The notes beneath the pieces are model-generated. The model saw only the letters and a list, made by a program, of their open reading frames with translations, was not told the DNA's origin and ran no database searches. This document shows positions 53,864-64,000 of a stretch of 64,000 nt of DNA, in pieces. The first letter of the stretch is position 1, and every line of letters starts with the position of its first letter. Source of the DNA: Camelus ferus (Eukaryota); contig NC_045696.1 of the NCBI RefSeq assembly GCF_009834535.1, positions 8,186,001 through 8,250,000 on the forward strand. The letters are read 5' to 3'. A program made the position numbers and the translations under genes.

Positions 53864-54355
53864 TGTCAACTGAAAAAAAAACCACACAAGTTGAGTGCTG
53901 TGAGTTACGTTTTATTTGGGTAAAAATGAGGACTATAGCCCAAAAGACAGCCTCTCAGATAGCTCTGAAGAACTACTCCGAAGAGGTAAGTGGGGAGGTC
54001 AGTATATATGTGATTTGGGTGAAGGGGGTTACGTGCAACCAAGCACACTTTTTGGCAGAAAGTGGCTGCCGGTCATAAGAAGGTTGCTGCCAGTCACAAG
54101 GAGGAGATATTTCCATTAAGGATTTTAGTGCTTTTCTAGGTACGAGATACTGCAAGAAATTTGGCTTATAAAATCCTCTCCTATTATCTAACTATCTGGA
54201 GGCCTACGCTGCTATTTTTTCCCCAGAGCACAGAACACGTCATTCCTGATCTCCACCCTGAACTCCTTTCCATATATGTTGAAGGTGAGTGACTGCAGTG
54301 GTTAGTGACTTCATTCTTCCACAGCAAGATGACAAGTGACAGTTTTTAGTTGGCA
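53864..54355 (-). mobile_element. ERV1 solo LTR
   Basis: TGTCAAC...GTTGGCA ends; 4-bp TSD TGAT. Confidence 0.8.
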
Positions 54356-54957
54356 TGATCAAAGCGGCACTAACAGTTAAAGGAGGAAAGAAAGAACTTC
54401 CGCAGAAACAGTACTGGGGAAAGAGAGTAATGATTGGAAAGGAAAACAAAAGAAGATACTCACCTTAAAATATATGCCAATTAAATTCTAAAGAGAGACA
54501 GAAGGTGATTTCTCATTTTCAAAATTTATCATTTTATAAGTGAAAACATAAAACAAGTATAGGGAAATGTAAGTAAAATTTATATTTTTCAGTATGGGAA
54601 AATGACTCTGTATGCATAAGAACAGGAGAAGAATCACAAAAGAAAGAACTGACAGATTTCACTATGGAAAACTTTTTGAAAAACATGCTAATTTAAGGCC
54701 AGTGAAGTAAGGTCTCCTTGGATGATTTTTTATTATTTTTTTTCCCATCTGTCAAATTTGAGTCTTGATCCTGGTGGTGTGTTTGAGCCCCTTACCCCTC
54801 CCATACAAAGCCCCTTGTCTGGGCTCTGAACAATTTGAGAAATGAAACAAAAGATTAAAGATGGAAATCCCAGATCATTGTTATCACTGCTAATGGCTAA
54901 CTTAGATACTTCTTAGTTGTCAGAGTTAAGTCTGAGATCATCCTGTCTGCCATATGG

Positions 54958-55368
54958 TGTCAATGATGTCAAACTAAGAAAGTCTAATAGTCGATCTAAG
55001 AAAGAAATGGAAAATTTTATTCCAGTCAGACTGAGATCTGAACCTGAGAATAGTGTCTCAGAAAGCTCTGAGAACTGTTCTGCCCATTAGAAGTCCAAAC
55101 AGTTACATAAGTTTTTGAGGCAGAGGGCTGTACGTTAAATGACGTATTATTGACAGTTTTCAAAACCCAGATCTACAAAGGGAGTAGAGGATTATGGGTT
55201 ATCGTGGCCCCTTGAAAGATTAAGAAGGAATGTTATCTCCTAAGGAGGTCTGGTTAATGCAGGTGCAAGATACACACTGAAGGAAAGGGAGGAGGCCAAA
55301 TGGGCAGAGAAAAATTTTATGTTTAAATTTTTCTCATCTTGCCATAAAATATGAATTTTATTTCATCA
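54958..55368 (-). mobile_element. ERV1 solo LTR
   Basis: TG...CA ends; near-TSD ATGG/TTGG; TCTCAGAAAGCTCTGAG block resembles neighbouring LTRs. Confidence 0.6.
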
Positions 55369-55692
55369 TTGGAGAATTTTATCACATCTATTAATTTGTG
55401 GAATAAACGCACATGTTTACTACCTACTGGTTTTGAAGCAGTTATTACACTTGTCCTAAGGTACACAGTTCCATGGCGCCTATAATTTCCTTTGCCGTTG
55501 GCTATTTAACCTTAAAGAACTCTACTTGACCCTGGCTTTTCTTATACTTTATGTTTGTTTAGGTTGTTTAATAAGTCTTCCTAAAGGGTAAGAGCATGGA
55601 CTTTGAGTCCCAGAATCAAATTGTGGCTGAGCTGCTCCGTAGATCTCTAACTCTAAGTAATTTATTTAATCCTATCAAACAAAGTCAGAAAC

Positions 55693-56337
55693 TAGTTAAA
55701 GTGGTAAGGACAGATTTTAATCAGTACTGTATTATTGTAGTAGGGAAGGGGGTTCCAGCTTGAATTGATCTCAAGTTGGTTTTTACAGAGGTGACTGGAT
55801 GTTTTAAAGGGAGATTGAAGGAGTGGAGGGGGATATAGGGGCTTGAGTAGAGTCAGGGGAAAATTACAAAGGGCTGGTAAGTGTAAATGCCCATCAGGGC
55901 TCCACAGAATCTGGGACACAGAGGCCCTATCCTTTCTAATTTCATTTCAAAGGAATGGCTTTCAGGTCCTGAGTTGTAGGAGATATAGCTATATCTCAAA
56001 TGGACAGAGGAAGAATTCACAGATTTTAAGTCCTGTTTAGTAAATGCTCTACGACAGGGTGGTAAAGGACCTATTGTTAGCTGTTGGCTAGAACAAATAG
56101 TAAATTCTTCTGGCAGCCTGGAGCTCATTAAGGGGGCTGAGTTCATCCTAGGCAAGCAGCACTGAGCTTGTAGAAACTATGTTAATGTTCACATCTTTTA
56201 ATGTAGGGGGAGGGGAGTGGATGAAGTCAGTTGTGCTCCGTCAGTAGATTTTATGGGCCCAGGCTGAGTTCTACTCAAGAAGAAAGAAGGCTTAGAAGAG
56301 CCTAGCTAGAGTTTGGTCAAGAAGAGAATCTTTGCCA
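55693..56337 (-). mobile_element. MER31/MER67-like ERV1 LTR
   Basis: Minus-strand start TGGCAAAGATTCTCTTCTTGACCAAACTCTAG. Confidence 0.65.
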
Positions 56338-56737
56338 ATTCCCATCTGGAAAATGGGAGTATACATTATTTTTCTCTCTCATAAAAGGAAAATGGTTGTT
56401 TCATTGGCCCCTTTTCTTCCTGTCTTAAATGTACTTGTGTGAGAATGTGATGCCTGGAGCTGCAGCAGCTATCTTCAGATCATGAGGAAACAAACTAAGT
56501 GGTGAATTGCTGACTCTCTGAGGATGGTACTGTGGAAAATCAGGAACAGCTTTGATTTTTAATGACATTAGTGAATCTTGGGTCCAAATCTGGGACCATC
56601 TATTTCCAGCCCCCCCCCCCTTTTTTTCCCAATAAACTTTAAATTTTAGAATAGATTTACTGAAAAGTTGCAAATGTTGTATAGAGATTTACCAAATACC
56701 CCACATCAAATTCCCTCTGTTATCAACATCTTACTAT

Positions 56738-57323
56738 TGAAACTGAGCAGGACCCTGTGGGGCCCTCCCAGGTAAAAAAGCTCCTCTGTGTCCCTCATTT
56801 CTTGTTTGTAGAAAAAGGCTTTAGTCTCCTAGGTCTTCTTGAGTTCCAAAGAGCAGACAGTTACTAATTAGGGAAGTTAGGGAATGCAGAAATAAAGGAA
56901 AAACAAAGGAGAAAGTGAGAATAGTTCATTGATAAAACAGAGTCCCAGTTCCTCCTCAAAGGTAAGAATCTGACAGACATCTTTCAGTTGTTCTTCAGAA
57001 ACTAAGACACCCACTCACCACCCCTACAGGCTGAGCACAAGCACTAGACAGCAGGCTGGTTGGAACAAGAAGGCTGATGATTGAGATTTCCAAAGCATCA
57101 GCAGCCAATCAGAAGAAAGACATGAATTCTGCAGCCCTCACCACAAATGTTGCCTTTAAAAGTGCTCCCTTGAAAACCATTGAGGAGTTCAGTCTTTTGA
57201 GCATGAGCTGTCCATACTCCTTGCTGGGCCCTGCAATAAATGGTATAATTTCTTTCACCACAACCCGGGCTCACTAAATTGGCTTTGCTGGGGATGAGCA
57301 GACCCAAGTTCAGTTTGGTAACA
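56738..57323 (+). mobile_element. ERV1 solo LTR inserted in an old L1
   Basis: TG...CA ends; 4-bp TSD CTAT; CCAAT and AATAAA present. Confidence 0.8.
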
Positions 57324-57555
57324 CTATGATGGTACATTTGTTATGACTAAGAAACAACATTGGAACAGTAGCGTGAACTGAACTCCAACTTTATTTGGAT
57401 TTCGTTAGTTTTCCCTCTAATATCCCTTTTCTATTTCCAGATTCCCTCCAGAATATCACATTACATTTAACTGTCATGTCTCCTTCGTTTCCTCTGCTTT
57501 ATGACAGATTCTCAGTGTTTACTTGTTTTTCATGACCTTTGACAGCTTTTATGAG

Positions 57556-58052
57556 TACGGTTGTCCCTTGGTATTCAGGATGCCCCCTTGGATACCAATA
57601 TCCTAGGATGCTCAAATCCCTCATATAAAATGGTCTAGTATTTCCATATAATCTAGGCACATTCTCCCAAATACTTTGTTATCTCTAGATTACTTATATA
57701 ATTTCTATTTTTAAAATTTTATTTTACTGAATTATAGTCAGTTTACAATGTTGTGTCAATTTCCAGCATAGAGCACAATTTTTCAGTTACACGTGAACAT
57801 ATATATATATTCATGTCATATTCTTTTTCACCATGAGCCACCACAAGATCCTGTATATATTTCCCTGTGCTATACAGTATATAGATTACTTATATAATTT
57901 CTAATACAACGTAAATGCTATATAAGCAGTTGCAGGTGCACAGCAAGTTCAAGTCTTGCTTTTTGGAACTTCCTGGAGTTTTTTTTTTTTTTTTTTTTTC
58001 CCTAATATTTTGGATCTGCAATTGGTTGAATCCACAGACAAGGGCTGGCTGG
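57556..58052. mobile_element. MER2-like Tigger MITE interrupted by an L1 tail (57708-57881)
   Basis: MER2-like GGATGCTCAAATCCCTCATATAAAATGG; L1 flanked by 22-bp TSD TAGATTACTTATATAATTTCTA. Confidence 0.75.
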
Positions 58053-58101
58053 ACTGGTTAGGTGCTTTTGGGTTTGTCTGATGTTATTTTCCAGGAAGAA
58101 C

Positions 58102-58662
58102 TGTTACTGAGTCCAAGCTCGTACTGCTAGCCACACAACAGGCTAATAAATTGCGAGACTAAGTGTTGGGGCAAACAATAGCAACTATTTGGAAAATCAG
58201 CATACCGAGAGGATGGTGGATTAGTATACTAGAGAACCATTTCACTCGAGTTAGAATTCAGGCTGCTTTTATACTAAAAGGGGAGGGGGTGTGGCTGGTT
58301 GTTGCAGACCTCTTGGTAGGAACACACTCCGGGGGAGATGTGTTAATCCTTTGTTCTTGCAGCTCTCCACATAGTCCTGGTCATGATGCTCCTGTATACC
58401 TTCAACAAGACAAATGTTATTTTCTGTTCTGTAACTTTTTATCTCTATATGAATGAAAAGTGCTATGCCTTTAAAGTTCAAGCCTGGGAGGCAGAGCCTT
58501 GAGAAAAGGCTGTTAGGTATATCTCAGGCTATAGATAACATTTGTTTACTGTTTAATGACACAAAGGTGTAGAGTCAGCATGACTAAGCACAGGCAACAG
58601 AGCAAAAAAATTAGAGTGAAAAGTGTAGCTCCAATTTGGAGTCAGGTTAGTTCTCTGTTACA
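58102..58662 (-). mobile_element. ERV1 solo LTR next to the SETD4 CpG island
   Basis: TGTTAC...GTTACA ends; TATAAAA on the minus strand at about 58267-58273; no clean TSD. Confidence 0.6.
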
Positions 58663-58979
58663 CAAGTGGGATTATGGATTTTGGAGAGTAATACCACAGA
58701 GGTGAAGTACCCTTTCTGTATCTGGGGAACATGCTATCACCATGACTCATCACTGATTATGTTCTAACCACTTGGTCAAGGCAGTGTTTGCCATATTTCT
58801 ACACTGTAAAGGTACTTTTCCACTGGGCTCTTTTGGAAGTAAGTCAATAATCAAGGTCGGGTGGGGGGAGGGTAGGAGGGGGCAGAAACCAACCTCCTGC
58901 AGGGAGGAGTTGAATCATAGCCAATTGGAATTCTCCTGTAAAGCTGATCCTCTGACAGCTAGGGCAAGAGGGCCAGCAG

Positions 58980-60110
58980 GGTTAAGTGGGGCTGGGCTGC
59001 CCAGCAATTGGGCGAGGCCGAGCCCCGCCCCGAGGAGAGGCGAGGGCAGAGGGCCGAGGCAAAGTCAGCCAAGAAGCGGGGAATGGCCCAGGCTTGCTAG
59101 GCCAGAGGGCGAGACGGAAGTTGGGCGGGGTGGGGTCTGCCCTTGGGGTCAGGCCTGGGACGCGTGCACTTGGCGGTTCCTAGCCTGGAACTACGGTAGG
59201 AAAGACTCCGTAGGTCCACTTTTTAGAGCGCAGATTATCTTTACACAGGCCACTGTTTTTTTTTTTTTTTTTTTTTTTTTAACCCTCAGCTCCGCGGTTG
59301 GGAGTAGCCAGACCTCGGCTCACTTTGGCGGCTCCGGAAAACAGTGCGCATGCGCACGCCGGTGTGTGGGTGTTGCGGGGCTGGGATTGTGGCGGGGGGG
59401 TGGGACAGAGGCCGGCTGCAGAGCGACAGCTCCGCCTGGCGACTGAGGACGTGGGTCAGAGGGGACTCGAGGCGGGCCTGACGGAGCTCAGCCTGTCCCT
59501 CTGCTGCTTGGGTGCACTTCTTTAACTTGCGAAAAACCAGCGTGCTGGCTTGCGTCTCCACGTGACCTGAGCCCACCTACTGACGCCGCCGTCTTGGAGC
59601 TGTGCCTCCCTGAGCCCTGGCGACTTCCGGGGCGGGCCTCCCGTTGCCCAGGTAACAGGAGCGGCTTGTGCCCCTTCTGTTTTATTTTTTGGTGTGAAAA
59701 GGTGAACCGAGTTCGGATAGCGTACTCCCACCAGTCCTGGCATGATGCTGCGCATTATATTAAGGCCTTCATCATCTGGGAGTCGTTCACTTGGCAGATG
59801 TCGGCCGGAGAAGCCGCTGTGGAGGCGCTCCGGGGACGCGAAGGAGCTTCAGGCCGGGAGTTTGTAACCTGCGGGGTCTGAGGCCTCTCCGGCAGCGGCC
59901 GGAATGCGGCGGGGGTGCGGGGAGGTGCAGAGGGTGTCTCCGGGGTCTGAGGACTGCGAAGCGAGGGCAGTCAGTGCCGCTAGCCGAGCTGCCACCCTGG
60001 CTCCACGTGCAAGGCTGGCTTGTCGGACCCGGGACCCGCGCGCAGCCAACTTGGGGTGGATCGTTGAACCTTCCAGTGCTGGAGTGGGATAGTGGCAGGG
60101 CCTGGAGTTC
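58980..60110 (+). promoter_or_regulatory. SETD4: SETD4 CpG-island promoter / non-coding first exon(s)
   Basis: CpG-rich; perfect NRF1 palindrome TGCGCATGCGCA at 59345-59356; CGGAAG and GGGCGGGG at about 59116-59131; CACGTG at about 59559; candidate donor CAG|GTAACA at 59652. Confidence 0.8.
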
Positions 60111-61107
60111 CTGTTACTCATTTCTGTCTGGTAGTTTTTAGTAACAGTTTTTCAAAACAACTGTATGGTTAAAACGCACATGTATGCGCATAAATAGTAT
60201 TCATATTATGGTACTTATGTACTCATACATATGTAAGTCACAGAATAGGAGAATACAAAGTAAAGGTAAAAGCCATTTCCCCTTGCACATTTTTGAATAT
60301 CTTCCTTAAATCCTCTTGTTTTATAAACATATATAATGTGTTCAAAAGCAAACCCGTAAAGGATCATTGAATTTTTGTTCTGCAACTTTATCTTTTCGCT
60401 TAAATACCCCTTGGACATTTTTACCTCTTAGCACCTATTTCCTGTTAATGGCTTCATAATACTTTATTACGTGTATTATGCCCGTGTATTTAGTGAATTT
60501 TATGCTTCCAAGAAAGACACATGTAGAAACTAATAGTCATTTTAGGTTTTATAATTATCTCTGTGCTTTATCTGCTCCCTTGGCTCTCATTTTCTCCCAA
60601 ATCTTTGGCAAACTGCTTGTTTAATTAAATTTAGTTCAGGATCTTGGCTTTAAGAACAAACTTTTATTTACTTTACACTGAGGGAGGATTTTCTTTTTTC
60701 ATAGCAGATGGGGGTTTCATGGCTACTTATATTCAAAGTACATTTAGGTTGATGCAGTAAGTGTTGATTTGCATTGAGATGTGTACGTCACCAAAGCACA
60801 CAATTAAGAAATGAGTTATGAGGATTTCCATGATTAATCAACATTTAGTAGGACCTCAAGATAAAACTGTTTTAGAGAGACCAAGATAATGGGCACTCAG
60901 TTACTGCACCAGGGGTCATGATTTAGCTCACGGTATAGACAATTTGTACAGAAAACGCTTCTGAGAGATGGTTTACCAACTAATACACGTTTGTATGTTT
61001 AAATCCCTATAGGTACAGAGAACAGTGATTATCATACAACTGGAAAGGAAGGCAAAGAAAATGCTTTTTATTTTAGATTGGGCAATTAAACAAACTGCAA
61101 TTTTAGT

Positions 61108-61180
61108 ATGAAGAAAAGAGGAGGCAGAACAAGCCGGATCAGAAGAAGAAAACTCTTGAGAAACCCCGAATCTAGCAGAG
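61108..61180 (+). CDS. SETD4: SET domain-containing protein 4, first coding exon (73 nt; gene continues beyond window)
   Basis: ATG 61108: MKKRGGRTSRIRRRKLLRNPESSR(G|GTATAG), matching the recalled SETD4 N-terminus (MQKGKGRTSRIRRRKL...). Probable acceptor TTTTTATTTTAG ends at 61076. Head-to-head with CBR1 as in other mammals. Too short for the ORF track. Confidence 0.9.
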
Positions 61181-61654
61181 GTATAGTTTGTGGTGAAAAA
61201 AGGGATCGTTTGTTGATTGGCTTTAACAGACACACGTAGCTTTTCCCAAAGGCACATGGGCAATGTTGAAAGAGAACACTTCTTAAAGAATACTCTTTTT
61301 AATAGTGCCCTTGTATTGTGGGAATATGGATATCTTAATTCAACTATGTCTTCACTGGGGCTGACTCCCAGGTTTCTGTTTCCGGTCCTCGTCTCTCTCC
61401 TAACCTCTAACTACCTATGGGATATCAATGTTTGGAGATAAATTTATCATTTCAAGTTCAGTGTTACTTAGTCTGAAACTAGTCAAAGTGCTTGGCCAAC
61501 TAGAAAGTAGTACATAAATGCAGTTGTTACTTTTGGTAAAAGTTAATAACACTCCTAGCTGACCCCAAGCATGGCAGCACCATTCGAGGTAATCTTTGAC
61601 TATCCTTTGCCTTCTGTAGCCCAGGTTCTACTAATTCTCACCTGCCTTTCCTTC

Positions 61655-61757
61655 TTTTTTTACTTATTTCCGCTTAATGGAGGTAGTGGGGATTGAACCC
61701 AGGGCCTCGTGCACACAATGCACACGCTGTACCACTGAGTGATACCCGCTCCCACCC
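61655..61757 (-). mobile_element. Vic-1-type SINE in SETD4 intron
   Basis: GGAGGTAGTGGGGATTGAACCCAGGGCCTC...ACCACTGAG; imperfect TSD CTCACCTG(G)CCTTTC. Confidence 0.8.
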
Positions 61758-62429
61758 CTCACCTGGCCTTTCTTCAGTTAACTTTTCCTTCTGTGTTCCA
61801 CCCAGGGGTGATTTCAGCTGGCTCTTTGCTGGTTTACCACATCCTTGTTTTTCTTCCCTGCTGGTTGTTCCATTTGGGGCTGTCAGTCTCACTTTGATAA
61901 GGGACTGGTGTCTCCTTTCCTTTTTGGCTTAGGGGCCTCCAGGAATTCTTACTCCCTGTTGTCTGCTATCCCAGCTCCTGCCTGACATCAGCTCATTTGG
62001 TACCTGGCTCCACCCTGCCACTCCGTGTGTTGGAAGTTATGTTCTCTGCTCACCACTTTCTGAGCACGCCCCCCCATTTCCTTTTTCCCTTCTCCTTGCT
62101 TGTTCAGTTTCTCTCTCACTGAGTTGAGGTCTTATGTTTGGTCATGCCATTTCCTTTTCTCACTGCTGTCACTCTGCTGTTGTGCATATTGGATCTTATT
62201 CTTTAAGACCTACTGGTTTTCCAGTTGTTTTTCGTGGAAGTCTTGTTTCTCAACTAAAATGTTAACTTATTGAGGATGGAGAATATGTTGAATGTTCTCC
62301 ACGGTGATTAACATAGTGCTGTGTGTAGTAGTTGCTTATTAAATGCTCATTGATTAAATACTCATACTGTAAAATATGTTCTCTAAGTTGTGATAAAATA
62401 TTTTGGGAGCTTTGTGTTTTGGATCATGC

Positions 62430-64000
62430 ATTTTTTAGAAAACAGCTTTATTGAGGTATAATTGACATAGAATGAATGTCACATATTTAAAGTGTATAAT
62501 TTGATAAATTTTGACATATGTATGCGCTCAGGGAGCCATTACCCCAATTAAGATAATGAACATTCATCTCCCCAAGAAGTTTCCTTGTTTCCCTTTGTGA
62601 TCTTTTCATCTTGCCCCTTTTGAACCTTCTCTCCCCCCATGCCCAGCCCACCACTGATCTGCTTTCTATCACTATTGATTTGTCTGTGTTTTATGGTTTT
62701 ATTTAATCATATAGTGTGCATTTTTGTAATTATTATTATTATGTTTTAAATTGAATTATCCTTGATTTACAATATTGTGTTAGTTTCAGCTGTACAGCAT
62801 AGTGATTCAGTTATACATACATATATATATATTCTTTTTCATTATAGGTCATTACAAGATATTACATATAGTTCCCTGTGCTAAACAGTAGGAACCTGTT
62901 GTTTATCTGTTTTATATATAGTATTTTGTATTTGCTACTCCCAAACTCCTAGTTTCTCTCTCTCCTCCCTTTCCCCTTTGGTAACTATAAGTTTGTTTTC
63001 TGTGTCTGTGAGTCTGTTTCTATTTTGTAAATAAGTTCATTTGTATCATTTTTTAGATTCCACATATAAGTGATATCATATGATGTTTGTCTTTCTCTGA
63101 CTTCACTTGGTATGATAATCTCTTGGTCCATCTATGCAAATGTCATTATTTCATTCTTTTTAATGGCTGAGTAGTATTCCACAAATCTATTTCTATATAG
63201 ATATATCTTTATCCAGTCATCTGTCGATGGACATTTAGGTTACTTCCGTGTCTTGGCTATTGTTAATAGTGCTGCTATGAATATTGGGGTACATGTATCC
63301 TTTTGTTTTTTAATTTAATTTTATTTTGGCAGTGGGGGGATAGGTAATTCGGTTTACTTAGTTTTAGAGGAGTTACTGGGGATTGAACCCCCAGGACCTC
63401 GTGCATGTTAAGCATACACTCTACCACTTGACCTATACCCTCCCCCTGCATGTATCCTTTTGATTTAGAATTTTCTCTGGATATATGCCCAGGAGTGGAA
63501 TTGCTGGATCATAGGGTAACTGTATTTTTAGTGTTATAAGTCTATGATTCAGTTTGAATTGTTTTTTGTAAATTGTATAAGATATGATAAAGTTCATTTC
63601 TTTTGCTTATGGAGATCCAACTGTTCCAAGCAATATTTCTTGAAAAAACTATCCTTTCTCCATTGATTGCCTTTTCTGTTCCATTGACTTCTTTGTCTTG
63701 GTAACAGTATCACACAATCTTAGTTATTGTAGCTTTATAGTAATAAGTTTTGAACTCAGTTTTTCAAAGTGGTTTTGGCTATTCTAGGTCCTTTGCATTT
63801 CCATGTGAATAGTTGAATCATCTTGTCAATTTCTCCAAAAATGCCTGCTTGAATTTCCTTTAGGATTGTATTGAATCTATAGATTAGTTTGGGGAGATTT
63901 AACTTCTTAGCAATACTGAATCTTCCAACCCGTACACAAGATGTATCTCTCCATTTGCTTAGGTTATTCATTTAAGAGCTTTAAAAATTTTTTAGTTTTA
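62430..64000 (-). mobile_element. Old L1 containing a younger L1 (about 62735-63540), which contains a Vic-1-type SINE (63306-63448)
   Basis: SINE has a 14-bp TSD CATGTATCCTTTTG; ORF 63756-63971 is L1 ORF2-like (LPKLIYRFN...KGPRIAKT). Confidence 0.8.

Noticed and set aside
58772..59446. 224-aa ORF and other overlapping ORFs in 58.8-60.1 kb
   Set aside because: By-product of the GC-rich CpG island; runs through a poly-T tract and resembles no protein family I recognise.

Overview
Mammalian genomic DNA, most likely a camelid (inferred from Vic-1-type tRNA-derived SINEs). The window covers the CBR1-SETD4 locus. (1) An intact three-exon carbonyl reductase 1 gene lies on the minus strand (CDS join 51379-51091, 50510-50403, 46425-45989; 834 nt, 277 aa). 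(2) Directly downstream is a tandem CBR1-like duplicate (44452-39092) with a lost start codon, two 1-nt deletions and a broken exon-1 donor, but an open exon 3. (3) The CpG-island promoter and first coding exon of SETD4 lie on the plus strand (61108-61180), head-to-head with CBR1. The rest is repeat-rich DNA: L1, MaLR, ERV LTRs, MER/Tigger DNA transposons and SINEs, several with verifiable target-site duplications. The most unexpected signal is a heavily decayed Ty3/gypsy-type element with a PNMA-like gag, protease and RT start at about 25.4-28.4 kb. I see no proof of a wholly new system. The best leads are that relic and a possible alternative terminal exon for CBR1 donated by the dead paralog. 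Repeat family names and cross-species comparisons come from memory of consensus sequences, not from a search.
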